NCBI GenBank assembly: GCA_964247055.1
Contig: OZ176052.1
Coordinates: 7,626,001-7,690,000, forward strand
Source of the DNA: Paragordius varius
Taxonomy: Eukaryota > Animalia > Nematomorpha
DNA: 64,000 nt
Direction: 5' to 3'
Shown here: positions 52,968 through 64,000 of the stretch, piece by piece
Layout of the letters: every line of letters begins with the position of its first letter
Position numbering within the stretch: the stretch's first letter is position 1
The notes under the pieces: model-generated
What the model was told of the DNA's origin: nothing
The model's database searches: none
The model's input: only the letters and a program-made list of their open reading frames with translations
Made by a program: the position numbers and the translations under genes

Positions 52968-53528
52968 AATCATCGCACTACATATATATAATAAATGTTA
53001 ATTTACAATAATCAATGATTTTCTTTTTCCTAATTTAATTAGCTAGATGTCTGAATTCTAGCAAAACATGAAACCCTTAAAAACGCAAAAAATAAAAAAG
53101 GACTATATAAAACAGCGGGCTTATTCATAAAACTCATATTGCTGTAGTTACGCGACTATTTCTTTGCAAACCGGTTGTATAGAAGGATTATCATTACGAT
53201 TTTAACTAAATAAATGTGTACATCCGTTAACAAACATTTATTTAACAATATATCATAAAATAATATTATTATAACATATGTACGCATAACAATCGTTTGT
53301 GGTTCCATTTACAGTTTCACAATATGGTTGAATGTAAAAAGATATCATGATAAATGCTTAATAATATTTTTTGTGGTAAAAATCATTTTTATACACATTC
53401 AAATTGACTATTGATTGTAAGTTGGCAATTATATAATACTTTATTTAGGCAGACTTTGCCCAATGTAGTTTATGTAGCATTATACTTTTGATATACATGA
53501 CTAATGAATTTGCTAAATTATTGCAATT

Positions 53529-53781
53529 AAGAGGCGTAGCTAAATTTGGGCTGATCACCTGCCATAGTTAAAGGCACCCCGGAATTTGAATTTTTTTATT
53601 TTTATATTAAAGAATAGGTATTTAAAAGTTATTATTTTAAATAATAAATAAAAAAATCACCCATTTACGAGTGGTCATGACAAGGGTTTGAATTTGGTTA
53701 TTTTTTTAATGCAAGGAGATAGGGAGGGGGCGCCATATCGGATTCATGCACCGGGCGCCAGAAATGCAAGCTACGCCTCTG
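53529..53781. mobile_element. hAT-type MITE (253 bp)
   Basis: TIR (A/C)AGAGGCGTAGCT; near-perfect 8-bp TSD TTGCAATT / TTGCAAAT. Confidence 0.85.
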
Positions 53782-53959
53782 TTGCAAATTACCTTTATGC
53801 TATAAAAATTTTAAATATATTTATAAACAGTAAATTTAAATAACGATTTTAAAAATTAACATAATAAAAATAATAGATATTATTTTTTTTATTTTTTTTT
53901 CATACAAGGATGTAATTTTAATAAGAGTTATAAATTTGGAGCAAGAAAGGGTGTTGAGA

Positions 53960-56900
53960 CTATTCCTTTTGCATACGAAATTTCATACAGTTGTGCCCCA
54001 ATAAATTGACAACGTACAAACATCCATCCGGACCAAAACACATATCAGCAGGTTTACTGAGTGAAACCAAACTCCCACTCTTAGTTGTACGAATTGGGCA
54101 TAAGTATCGTCCATGCTGGTCGAAAACCTATGATATATTTAATAATATACAGTTTAGAGTCTCCTTTTGTCTTTTTATATTAAAGGGTAAGGATTTAAAT
54201 ATCAGGACTCGCAAAAGCTTTAACACTCGCGTGTTCAGGGCCAGCACTGATGGAAAAACATAGTTGTGGGGTTGGAATTCTAGCATCATGCACTATAGTG
54301 TACAAGTCCGGCGCCCAACCTACTATATCATCACGCCTTAAAACGTATTAAATATAAATGTCATATTAAAAACCTCTTTTTTAATAGGCTTTTACAGTTC
54401 TTTTTCTCTTTTTTAATAAAGAGTAAAAATAAACATAAAAACTCCATTACTTGCCCTGGATTGACAATGATCTGGAAAAAATGCAGTGTCGGCACCACCC
54501 ATTAGAAATACACACTGATAGTGTGTTAAAGTTTGATGCCCTATCTATGTCATCATTTGTTAATAATGAGTTTAAATTATTTACATATATTCTATCACTC
54601 TTCGAATCCGCAATGGCCATATTGCCATCCAAGTCTACAGCAATCCCTGACGGCTCTATCAAATCCACTGGTTGATTGAGCCCTCCAAATATCGTGAGTG
54701 GTCTTCCATCAAAATTAACTCGGTATACCAAATGTTTTCCTATTTTATTAATTTGAAATATCGCAAAAATCACTTTAGTAAAAAAAACTTTAGATGTGTA
54801 ATGTTACTGACATACGATGTCAACACAAAGTTTTGGTTTACCTAAATCCGTAATAGCAATCCAATCATCATGCACATCGAGAAAACGACATTTAGAGCCC
54901 TGTCTCCAATTGTCGCAAATCGGGTAAAGAGGACTTTGCCTAACCAAAGTTCCCGTCTCCGTATCATAAAATTGTAGTGTGGGTGTAGGATTCGTATAAC
55001 AGCATGTAACTATCCAACCTTGTTTAGTTATGCTCAATCCTTAAAGGAGAAAAAAATCATTATATTTAAATCTTACCGTCATACCGATTGCTCGTAAATT
55101 TAGTCATTTTTAATTTATAAAAAATATTTTTACCATAAGGTCTGTTGACAAATCCCTCCCCAAAAGCACGTAAAAATTTTCCTTTCGGTGTGTAAATCTG
55201 CAACTGAAAATCATCCTTAATACAAATGTTGCCATTGTTAAGCACAACAGCTGCAGATGGTCGGGTAAATTTTCGTTCTTTTGGGGATGTGCCTATAACC
55301 ACCTAGTAATATTAAATAGGTAATTTTTTAATTAAATATTAATAAAAGTCTTAACAATCTATTCTGTATTTTATTCTTTTTTTAGGGGCCAATGCTTATA
55401 AATAAATTATAAAAATGAGATAATCTAAAATACTATACTTCTTGCTCACCATTCTCATCAAAGATTTTGATTTTATCATTACCGCTATCACATATGATAA
55501 TGTTATTGGTAAAGGGACAAACAGTAACTCCAATCGGGAAATTGAAGCTGCTCAAAATCCCTTTACCCCATTTCCCAATACACAGTGATAGGTCAGCTTC
55601 AATACCTGTGGTTTATTTAAAAAATATAGAGTAAAAAGCACAAAATTTGCTCCAAAAGTCTTTTAATTAGTCAACAGAGAAAAACGAAAATGAAAAACAA
55701 GAAAAGGTGTAAAAAATCTAATAGGCTGGATATTTTTCTTAATCCATAATTTTCTTAAAGCATAGAATGTTTCTTTCATTTTATAGTGTGCAGGGGAAAT
55801 AGTTATTTTCAATTGAAATAAATAAGGTGTAGTAGAAAATGGATTTTTTACTATTTTTGAAAATTTATTAACTAGATTTTAACACCAAAGACCTATCATT
55901 AGAGAACAATGTAATTTAAAATGCAGAAAACTTTTTTTATTCTTTAGTTAAATTTTGTGCAACTCAGAGACACCATCAAATTATATAAAAATTGTAATAA
56001 TTTTAAAACATTTACATATAAACTGACCTGATCCTCGTAGAATATTAGAATGCACATAATCTCGTAGTTTTATATCAAGCAAGGGTCGTTTACAGGCTGT
56101 CTCAATTTCTTCTCCATTAGTTTGTCCAAAAATTTCGGATATCTCTAATCGTCTCCCAGTTTCTATATTTCCTAACCCATGAATAAAACTTTAGTAAAAT
56201 TTTGATGTAATAATGCCAAAATTCTTTATTAAAAAATGTTATAAGTTATTTTTACAATGCTTGTTAAACTGAATAATAACCTTAGATGAGGTGCAATTTT
56301 CGAAAAAAAGGTCCAATGAATGCAAAATTGCTGTTGTTGAATAATTTTTTTGAAAGAAAAAAAATGTTGTTATTGAACGAAATAAGGAATATTCACTTCG
56401 CTTGTAATTATTAAAAATTGTTTTAAAACTTATTTTCACCTAAAAAGATTTTTTTTATTAACTAATGCAATTTATAATAATATTGCTTGTATAAAAAATA
56501 TTTTGGAACTTATATGTCATACATTATGATAAATTAGATACCCAACAAAACGTCATCCACTATAGGTTTAACTCCATTAGTTCCTTGTAAACCAAATAAC
56601 TTGTTGCGAATCGAGGTTTTATTTATTTTTTGATGCACATTGATATCCCATAATGGATACCCTGGAAGGTTATCAATATTATTGAACATAACCAAAATTT
56701 ATTTCTTAATTATAAATACAATAAGTTAATTTTACTTAAGATAGTTTTATCCAGATACTGATGATAAATGTTTAGATAAAATAATATTGTATTGTATAAT
56801 TTATTTTTTGCAACATTTATCAAACAAATCTACTTTTATTATATCCATTCATTAACGGTGGCTCAGACATGGCTGAACTTGTACGGCTGCTACTTTTTCC

Positions 56901-59900
56901 CAATAGGTGTTTCTCATACTCTAAATTTGTATAATATTTTTCATATCAATAATGCGGCAAATTTTGGACCAACTTTGTTCATATAAGATATTATTTTTTT
57001 AATAAAGTAATTCATGAACCTTAGCGAAAAAAACAAAAAACTAACACGCGACAAACATTTGATTATCAGTATTTTGACTAAGGCTATAAAAATCAGATTA
57101 ATGGCAAAATTAATAGGCGATAAATTAAGGTAAAAACTACTATTTCCAATCAATTTTTCCGAAGCACATCTTCTTTGTTTGTTAAAGGATATGGTATTGT
57201 GATCCATAAAAGTGTCATAAAAAGCTGATGGATCATTATTTACAAATTTTGAAAGTTGCACAGGGGAGAGTTTAGATGGTAGAGATCTGCGATTCGTTCG
57301 CCCATTTCCTGATCCATTTCGCAGATTGTGGATGGATGACACATCGGACATGTTATAAGCCAAGGCTGGTACTAAGTCTCCACAATCTCTACGATACGCA
57401 TTATTAACGTTTTCCAAGTATGTGGGATCTTTCAATATCTTTAGATGGGCATTAATGGAATCTACCTAGAGAAATGTTTATAATAAATGGATTATCAATG
57501 ATCGGTGTCAACACATTTTAAAACTAAGTAATATAATATTCGTGATTTATAACCATGGAACATCAATCAAAAATAAATTCTAACAAAATTTTGGGATTTA
57601 TACCTTGATAAAAATCCGATCATAAGTATATTTTTTACCTTTAACACATCACCCAACATATCTTTTTGGGAAGTGAGTGAAGCGGGAATGTCCGAAATAT
57701 TCGCATAATAGGCACAAGCCACCATATACTCTCTTGTATATTTGATCCGTTGGGCTACTTGACTGTTTGAAGAGTTTCCACTTTTAATATCGCCTCCAAT
57801 CTTGATGCCATCAAAGTTATCAGGTAGGGTAGAAAATGGTTTTTGAAATGCATACCTTAAACACATATACTTTCATTTAATCGTTTTGACTTAAAGATGT
57901 ATTTTATAACCCAAATCAATAGTTGAGATAATAGTTATGAAAAGGTAAAGAATTTAAAAAATAACCCATTTATCTTGTTTTGCTTTATATGTTGATGGTA
58001 TCCATTGTTTGGGTGTTGTAAATGTTTGTAATATTTCCCGTTGCCTAAAACATATAAGATATTGAAACGTTCCTTTTATCCCTTTTAAAACCATTCTACT
58101 CAAAGAAAAACCAATAATTCGTCTATATAGATTTATTTGGTTCTAAGCATAGTTTAATCGATATTAGTATCTACTTTTAGAGAGATATTTCAACTTATAA
58201 AATAAAAACCTCCTCCGCTATTTATGTGATAATTGCCAGCAAATCCATTGCTGTTAGGGTGCTGATGTTGGTTACCATTGTATTTATTGAATTTGTTTGA
58301 AGGTATATTATCGTTCGCCTTAATCAAACATCCATTGATTGAATCCGCCGACAACAAAGGACCATAAAATTGATGATTTGAGGATGGGTTCATAACACCT
58401 TTGTGATTGTTACCATTAAAATTTGATGAATAGTTACTGCTGTGAGAGGAACTTTGCATACTTTTGTTTAAACAATGCGAAAGTTCGTCCATGAAAGCCA
58501 GGTTATTTGCATTTCGTCCACCAATAAAACTGTCGTCATTCCAATTGAGTATATTAGCACCATTATTTATGTGATAATCCGATACTGAATGCATATTCAA
58601 CTATAACAAAATATATATAGATTAGATGTGTGAACCCTACCGTATATATATTAATGCTATATGTAAAAAAGCTAAGCCGTACCGCCCCTTTTCTTACAAT
58701 AAAAGCTGTTTTAATAAAAAATCAAAAAGAATATAAATCTTAGTATGTATATATTCACCGAGACCATAATAGGTATTATGTGTGAAATTCTTCATCCATT
58801 TATTTGAGAACACTTTAAACTAATCTTACATATTTTTTCAAACTATCTATTATTTAAATTCAATTTTGTTAAAGAAACATAACTCTACATGGTATGAGAG
58901 TTGTACCTTGCTGTTGTTACGACTATGTCTGCTGCCTCCATTGTTATTATTATAATTGTTTGTGAAACCAGGAGCAGCATCGCCGTATTTATTTATGTAA
59001 GTATTGGATCCATACAGACAGGATGGAAAACAGTTTCCACCATTTTGGTGGTATGAGGGATGGTTTATGAGACCGCCACGTCCATACTTGGAATAAGATT
59101 TTTGCATGGGTGTTGCAAATATAATTACGGGACTCCCAATAATAGATTGTCCATAAAGTTTGATTGAAACAACGTAATACCCTAAATATATGATGTAAGA
59201 AAGCATGTAGAATTTTAATCTGTCTCTCCGAAAGCTAAATTTGCCAAACGCCGGTTTATTCTTGGCACAAAATCTTAAAAGCTTTAGCATTTTAATGAAG
59301 TCGCAAGTGCTTTAAGTTTTTGATAAATATAAAATAACATAAATAATTTTCTCATATACCTTGAAAGTCTATAAAAATAATATCAAACAGTAAAGCATTC
59401 TAACTAAGTTAATTTTGGTATTTAGATATTTAAATTTTTATCTGGATATATATAAAATTAAACAAAAATTACTCCAAAATAACTTACACCAACAAATAAC
59501 AATTGTATGCTTAAATTGTATTTCTCATGGAGCGAACTTACAAATGTTAACAGTATCATATACCCAAAAGTAGCCTTGTGTTTATTTTCATTTTATAAGT
59601 AACACAAAGCGCTTTTTACCCAATTTATGTGGCATAAATTGCAGGAGGTAATGTCCATCCACCAATTGTTTCAAACTGTACATTACAATTTTTTGTTCTT
59701 GGTCCTCGACCAGGCATTCCAGGTAATCACGGAGATACATACAATCTTGTTTACTGATAAATTCGACGCTACAAACACAATCAACATCCGTAAGTACATG
59801 TTGCTGTTGTTGTTCACAACCATTGGGCCGTAGTATAAACAAGTCTTCTGGCATCGTTATGAGTTGTCGAATATATCCAATATTTTCTTTTCGAAACAAT

Positions 59901-61295
59901 TTCTCAAATTGATCTGAGCGCACAAAATCAATGACATCAACGGGATTAAACTGTTCACTTGATTTGAATGATAACTCAAGCACGGCTCTATGAATATTTT
60001 CCACGTTATCGACCATGCTATCATTCTATATAGAGCGAAAATAAAGTTTCATTTGACAATATTATAATCTTAATCACATTTTAAGGAAATAATGTCCAAA
60101 TTTTCGTTGTTTATTAATAGGATGAGAAACTTACAAAAGTTGCATTACAATAAATTGTAAACATATTTTGATCTAAAATCAAAATTTTTGTGCCTAATAT
60201 TATTGCACATAGGATTAACCCCCAACATGGAATAACTCCACAAATACTTTTTATTTTACTTTCCAAAATAATATTTGCCCTCATAAAATACTAAATTGAA
60301 AAACTATCATTTTTAGATTCAAACTTCGGTTAATTTTCCATCCATCCATTTCTTCAAATATTCTCGCTTTTCGCCAACAGCCACGTTTGTCAATTCGAGT
60401 TTACATAATAGAGATTTTAGAAATTCGCTCTTACTTTTGATGATGACATCCAGCTCTTGGTTAAATTGTTGTTTAAGCTGTATAATCCTATAATCACAAT
60501 ATGATAATATTTTTAAAAAAATGTATCCAGTGAAGGGTCCAGCCAACCAGCAACGGCTTACCGTATTAGAAAGTTTATAATGTATAAATTATAACGATCA
60601 TATATTCTTATATATTTAATAAAGTTATTAACAAAATGAGATATCAACTATTTTTTGTCAGGCACTGTAATAGAATTGTTTAATGTGGGAAAAATACTAT
60701 TAAAATGCAAAATCTATATTTTGAAATATATGCTATTTACATTCAATAAAATGGTTATTCCTTAGGCAAATTTAAATTTGAACAGGTTTTAGCGGTTCTT
60801 ATCCTTTAAGATAATTTTTTATCCATTATTATTGATTCCGACATGGTACGCAAAGTCAAAAAATTATATTTTTGGAAAGGTAATTAGTTTAATATCTTTA
60901 ACCATTTTATTTATCACTTTACACAGTGAGATCGCAATCAAACCTTTAAAAAAATAAATGATTGTGCTATAATTGATTTCCAACGGCAACTCGAATATCT
61001 TTATGTCAAATTCGACGAATAAAATTTTTGGACCATATCATATTTTCTATATATTTTTAAATTTTCATTGAGAAAATCAAAATAAAATAAAATATAATGC
61101 TACCAACCTATCAAAGGTGTCATCAATAGCCTTTTGAGACATAATTTTTTTATTTTCAAGCATTAACAAACATTCACGAAGTTTAATTTGCTTCTCCTCA
61201 TTTTCCTTGTAACATTTCTCAATTAAGTCCAATGAAGAAGTTAATGTCCCTTGTAAATCACTATTCATTGCAACGTTGTCCATATTATTGATAGT
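53960..61295 (-). CDS. TRIM-NHL-type protein (coiled coil - filamin repeat - Asn-rich insert - NHL repeats); 5' partial, 1014 aa visible. Exons 61295-61108, 60487-60325, 60025-59620, 59181-58907, 58600-58210, 58044-57966, 57855-57639, 57465-57141, 56171-56028, 55605-55439, 55302-55134, 55039-54842, 54739-54585, 54127-53960
   Basis: Coiled-coil exons; filamin-type end (DGHYLLQFMPHKLG|YYVVSIKLYGQSIIGSP); NHL repeats (FNFPIGVTV...DSGNDKIKIFD, RPSAAVV, EPSGIAVDLDGNMAIADS, KPADMCFGPDG). 3045 nt in frame. No RING/B-box exon found in the window. Confidence 0.88.
54203..54337 (-). mobile_element. tRNA-derived SINE copy 3 (last TRIM-NHL intron)
   Basis: AAGCTTTAACACTCGC...CAGGGCCAGCACTGATGGAAAAA shared with copies 1 and 2. 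Confidence 0.65.
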
Positions 61296-62369
61296 CTTTA
61301 GGATTTATTATATGAGTATTAAAACTCGGATAAAAATTTCAGATATTTTGCTTTCTTTATATTAAAAATATAATTATAATATATTTAATGATTATAAATG
61401 ATGGGATTGTCCTTGTAACCGATATAATATAATATAAAATATATAATTTTATGTTTTAGAATGGGTTTCTAAAAAGCTACAACAAAAGTTTACTGCAGAC
61501 CACAACAGTTTTAGAATATCCATTTTTAGGTTTTTTAATTATATTATAATTTTTTTTCTGGATATAATTATAAAAATACATATTTCACTAGAAAATAAAT
61601 ACTATTTAGGCTTTTAGTATTTTTCACAAGAAATTTTTTAGCGAAAATTGGGAAATTTCATAGATGTAGTCTGTGGACAATTAAATAAAATTTTTAACTG
61701 TTCGTTCATTACCAAGGTAGATATAATCGAGGTTCAAATTTGTAATAAAATATTAATAATAGGTTTTTGACTAAATAGATGCCAAACATTAAATTATATA
61801 AAAGGCTTTTATTTTTTAAATTTAGATATCACTCAACTCCACTGTATAAAAACCCCTGACTTTGACATTAATGATTACTGACATTTTTCTGTCTGACTAA
61901 ATATAATAAAAAATTTTAAACACCCTAAAAATGGTAATGAAGCGTTTAAAGTTTAATTTTTGAATTTGACAATACTATATTTTAAACCATGTTAAAAAAT
62001 TAAATATTCTTAAATCGAACATAGAATTAAGCAGTTCATGGACCTTAAAAATCACGATTGATTGAACATAATCATGGAATCGAGTTGAAATTAAAATTTA
62101 AGAGAGCATAGGTATCCTAACTCCTTTTACCTAACAAACATTTTTATCAAATAAATAGATCTAAAAAATATTTATGACTTAGATACATCAAAATACCTCA
62201 AAAAACGGTTTATATGTTTTTTTAAACAAAAATGTTCATTTTAGTGTTTTAAAAAAAATTAGTATAGATTATAAATAAATCTAAGGAGAGAATGTTTTGT
62301 ATATAATTCAAGCCTAGATGCGTAAAAACTATTTTTTAACAATTCTTTACGAAAAGTTAAGATATACAG

Positions 62370-62790
62370 TAAAGAGCATCTTATACAGTCATGTATCCTT
62401 TTTTTAAAAAATTTATTTTTTTCGTTAAATGAGTATAACTATTTATTAAAGAATGGAAAAAACAAGAGCTCTATGGTATTTACTAATATCATATTCATCA
62501 AAAAAAGTTTGGGGGAAAGACTTCGAAAATCTTATATGGTAAATTCCGTACTCTTTTAACATTAGTTTTAAGATGAAGGGTTAGTTGTTAGTATATTTTC
62601 ATTATACTTAAATACATATTTTACCATATACATATTTTTGACGCCTTTCTCCCATATTTCTTTTAATTTTTTGATGAAGATGATATTGAATACCATAGAG
62701 CTCTTGTTTTTTCCATTCTTTAACAAATATTTATACCCATTTAACGAAAAAAAAATAAATTTTTGATAAAATAGGGGTACATGACTGTAA
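62370..62790. repeat. Foldback/MITE (may extend to ~62150-62950)
   Basis: 33-bp perfect inverted match AAAGAATGGAAAAAACAAGAGCTCTATGGTATT / AATACCATAGAGCTCTTGTTTTTTCCATTCTTT. Confidence 0.75.
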
Positions 62791-63011
62791 GTCATATCTG
62801 TATTTAAATGGCTCAAAGGGTAATTTAATTTACATGTGTGTTTGCCATGTATGAGATTTTTTTTATTAGTTTGGTAAAACGTTTAATTAAAAAAATTTAT
62901 TTATGAAAAATCTAATACATGTCTATAGACATCTAAAAAACCCCTCTTAGCTAATTAAAAACTGAAGCCAATAATATTTTTATTTAGTGCTGAATTCATA
63001 TATAGGTAAAA

Positions 63012-63288
63012 CAGGGGTGTCCAACACGGATGGCTTCACGAACCGTGTGATCGAAAAATCCGACGGGCCGCAGCAAAATATAAAGGAATTTCCAAATATT
63101 TTATTAGAACATGAGACTATAAAATTACTATTTTATCATTTTTTGCTAGTTCATTGCCGAAATTCGGAAACACTTATTCAGAAAATTTGTTTAAGAAAAT
63201 CACTTTTACTTAAATTTTGTAAAATTTTATATTAAATTTCTCGTGGGCTGCAAAAATATTTTGGGGGGCAGCGTGTTGGACACTCCTG
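63012..63288. mobile_element. hAT (Charlie-like) MITE (277 bp)
   Basis: TIR CAGGGGTGTCCAACACG / CGTGTTGGACACTCCTG; TSD degenerate. Confidence 0.78.
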
Positions 63289-64000
63289 GTATAAAACTTC
63301 CGTGTTTCAAAAAATTGATTATCACTTTCCATTTCTGCGACTTTTTATTTTCTAAATTAACATGTCTGCTAACTCATTTCATCAGTAAAATTTATTAACC
63401 CTTCATTATTTTTGGGTAGTTTTGTTTCCTAGAGCAATTGTTAAATTAAATATTTTAAAAAGCATTTAAGATATTGAGACAAATTTAAAAATATACATAC
63501 CTTAGTCTTTTAGGCACATAAATAAGCTTTAGAAAGATATCCAGCTACATTTTAACAGCAAATTTTTGATGTTATTGGTTTTAAAATCTGGTAGTTGTTT
63601 TGATTTATAAGCTATATATTCTATGCGAAAGATCAATCTTTGATTTCTAAATTTTAAGCCAAAATTTTCATAACATTAGTTTATTTACAAAGAGTTCTCT
63701 ACTACCCTATAATGTAATCAAATATAAAAAAATGAAAAGTTAATAAAGTTCTAAATATAGATATCAATAAAAATTTATTTCATTTGCCCTATCTTTGCAT
63801 ATATAAACGAAAAGATTAAAATATATTTTTTAAGTGCGAAGGGTAATATGTTTTGCAAAAATTAATATGTAGGTTACTTCTCTTAACATGATTTTATATT
63901 GTTATTTTTTAGAGTAACACCCTCTTGATAAAAAAGGCTTTTTTATTTAACATTTAACTATTGATGGCTTAATTTCATTTAGGTCAATGCATAGTTTCTT

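Noticed and set aside
61300-64000. RING/B-box exons of the TRIM-NHL gene
   Set aside because: No Cys/His-patterned exon found; the region is mostly MITEs and foldbacks, so the 5' exons probably lie beyond the window.

Overview
Very AT-rich eukaryotic DNA from an invertebrate animal, judged from its class C GPCR, neuropeptide-type GPCR, Mos-like kinase and TRIM-NHL genes; the species cannot be determined from sequence alone. Nine intron-resolved protein-coding loci: cyclin L (-, 3' end not traced), PIGN (+), an RDH11/12-like SDR (-), a multi-exon U1/matrin-type zinc-finger protein with a low-complexity tail (+), an intronless meiotic HORMA+PHD protein (+) lying 82 bp upstream of a Mos-like kinase (+), a class A peptide-type GPCR (-), a class C GPCR (+) and a filamin-NHL (TRIM-NHL type) protein (-, 5' end not found). 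Intergenic DNA and long introns hold non-autonomous Helitrons, hAT and Tc1/mariner MITEs, foldbacks, RTE-LINE and Penelope remnants and a tRNA-derived SINE. The strongest unusual signal is a class of ultra-short GT-AG introns (20-31 nt). Seven are supported by homology, six of them needed to restore the reading frame, and three more are candidates; all are among the first introns of four genes. Other leads are an operon-like or fusible HORMAD-Mos pair, a 4E-BP-like motif in the TRIM-NHL protein, head-to-head cyclin L/PIGN with no in-frame ATG for cyclin L, a Penelope hammerhead candidate and a candidate poison exon. All gene models were built by hand from homology recall and splice/phase logic; no database searches were run.
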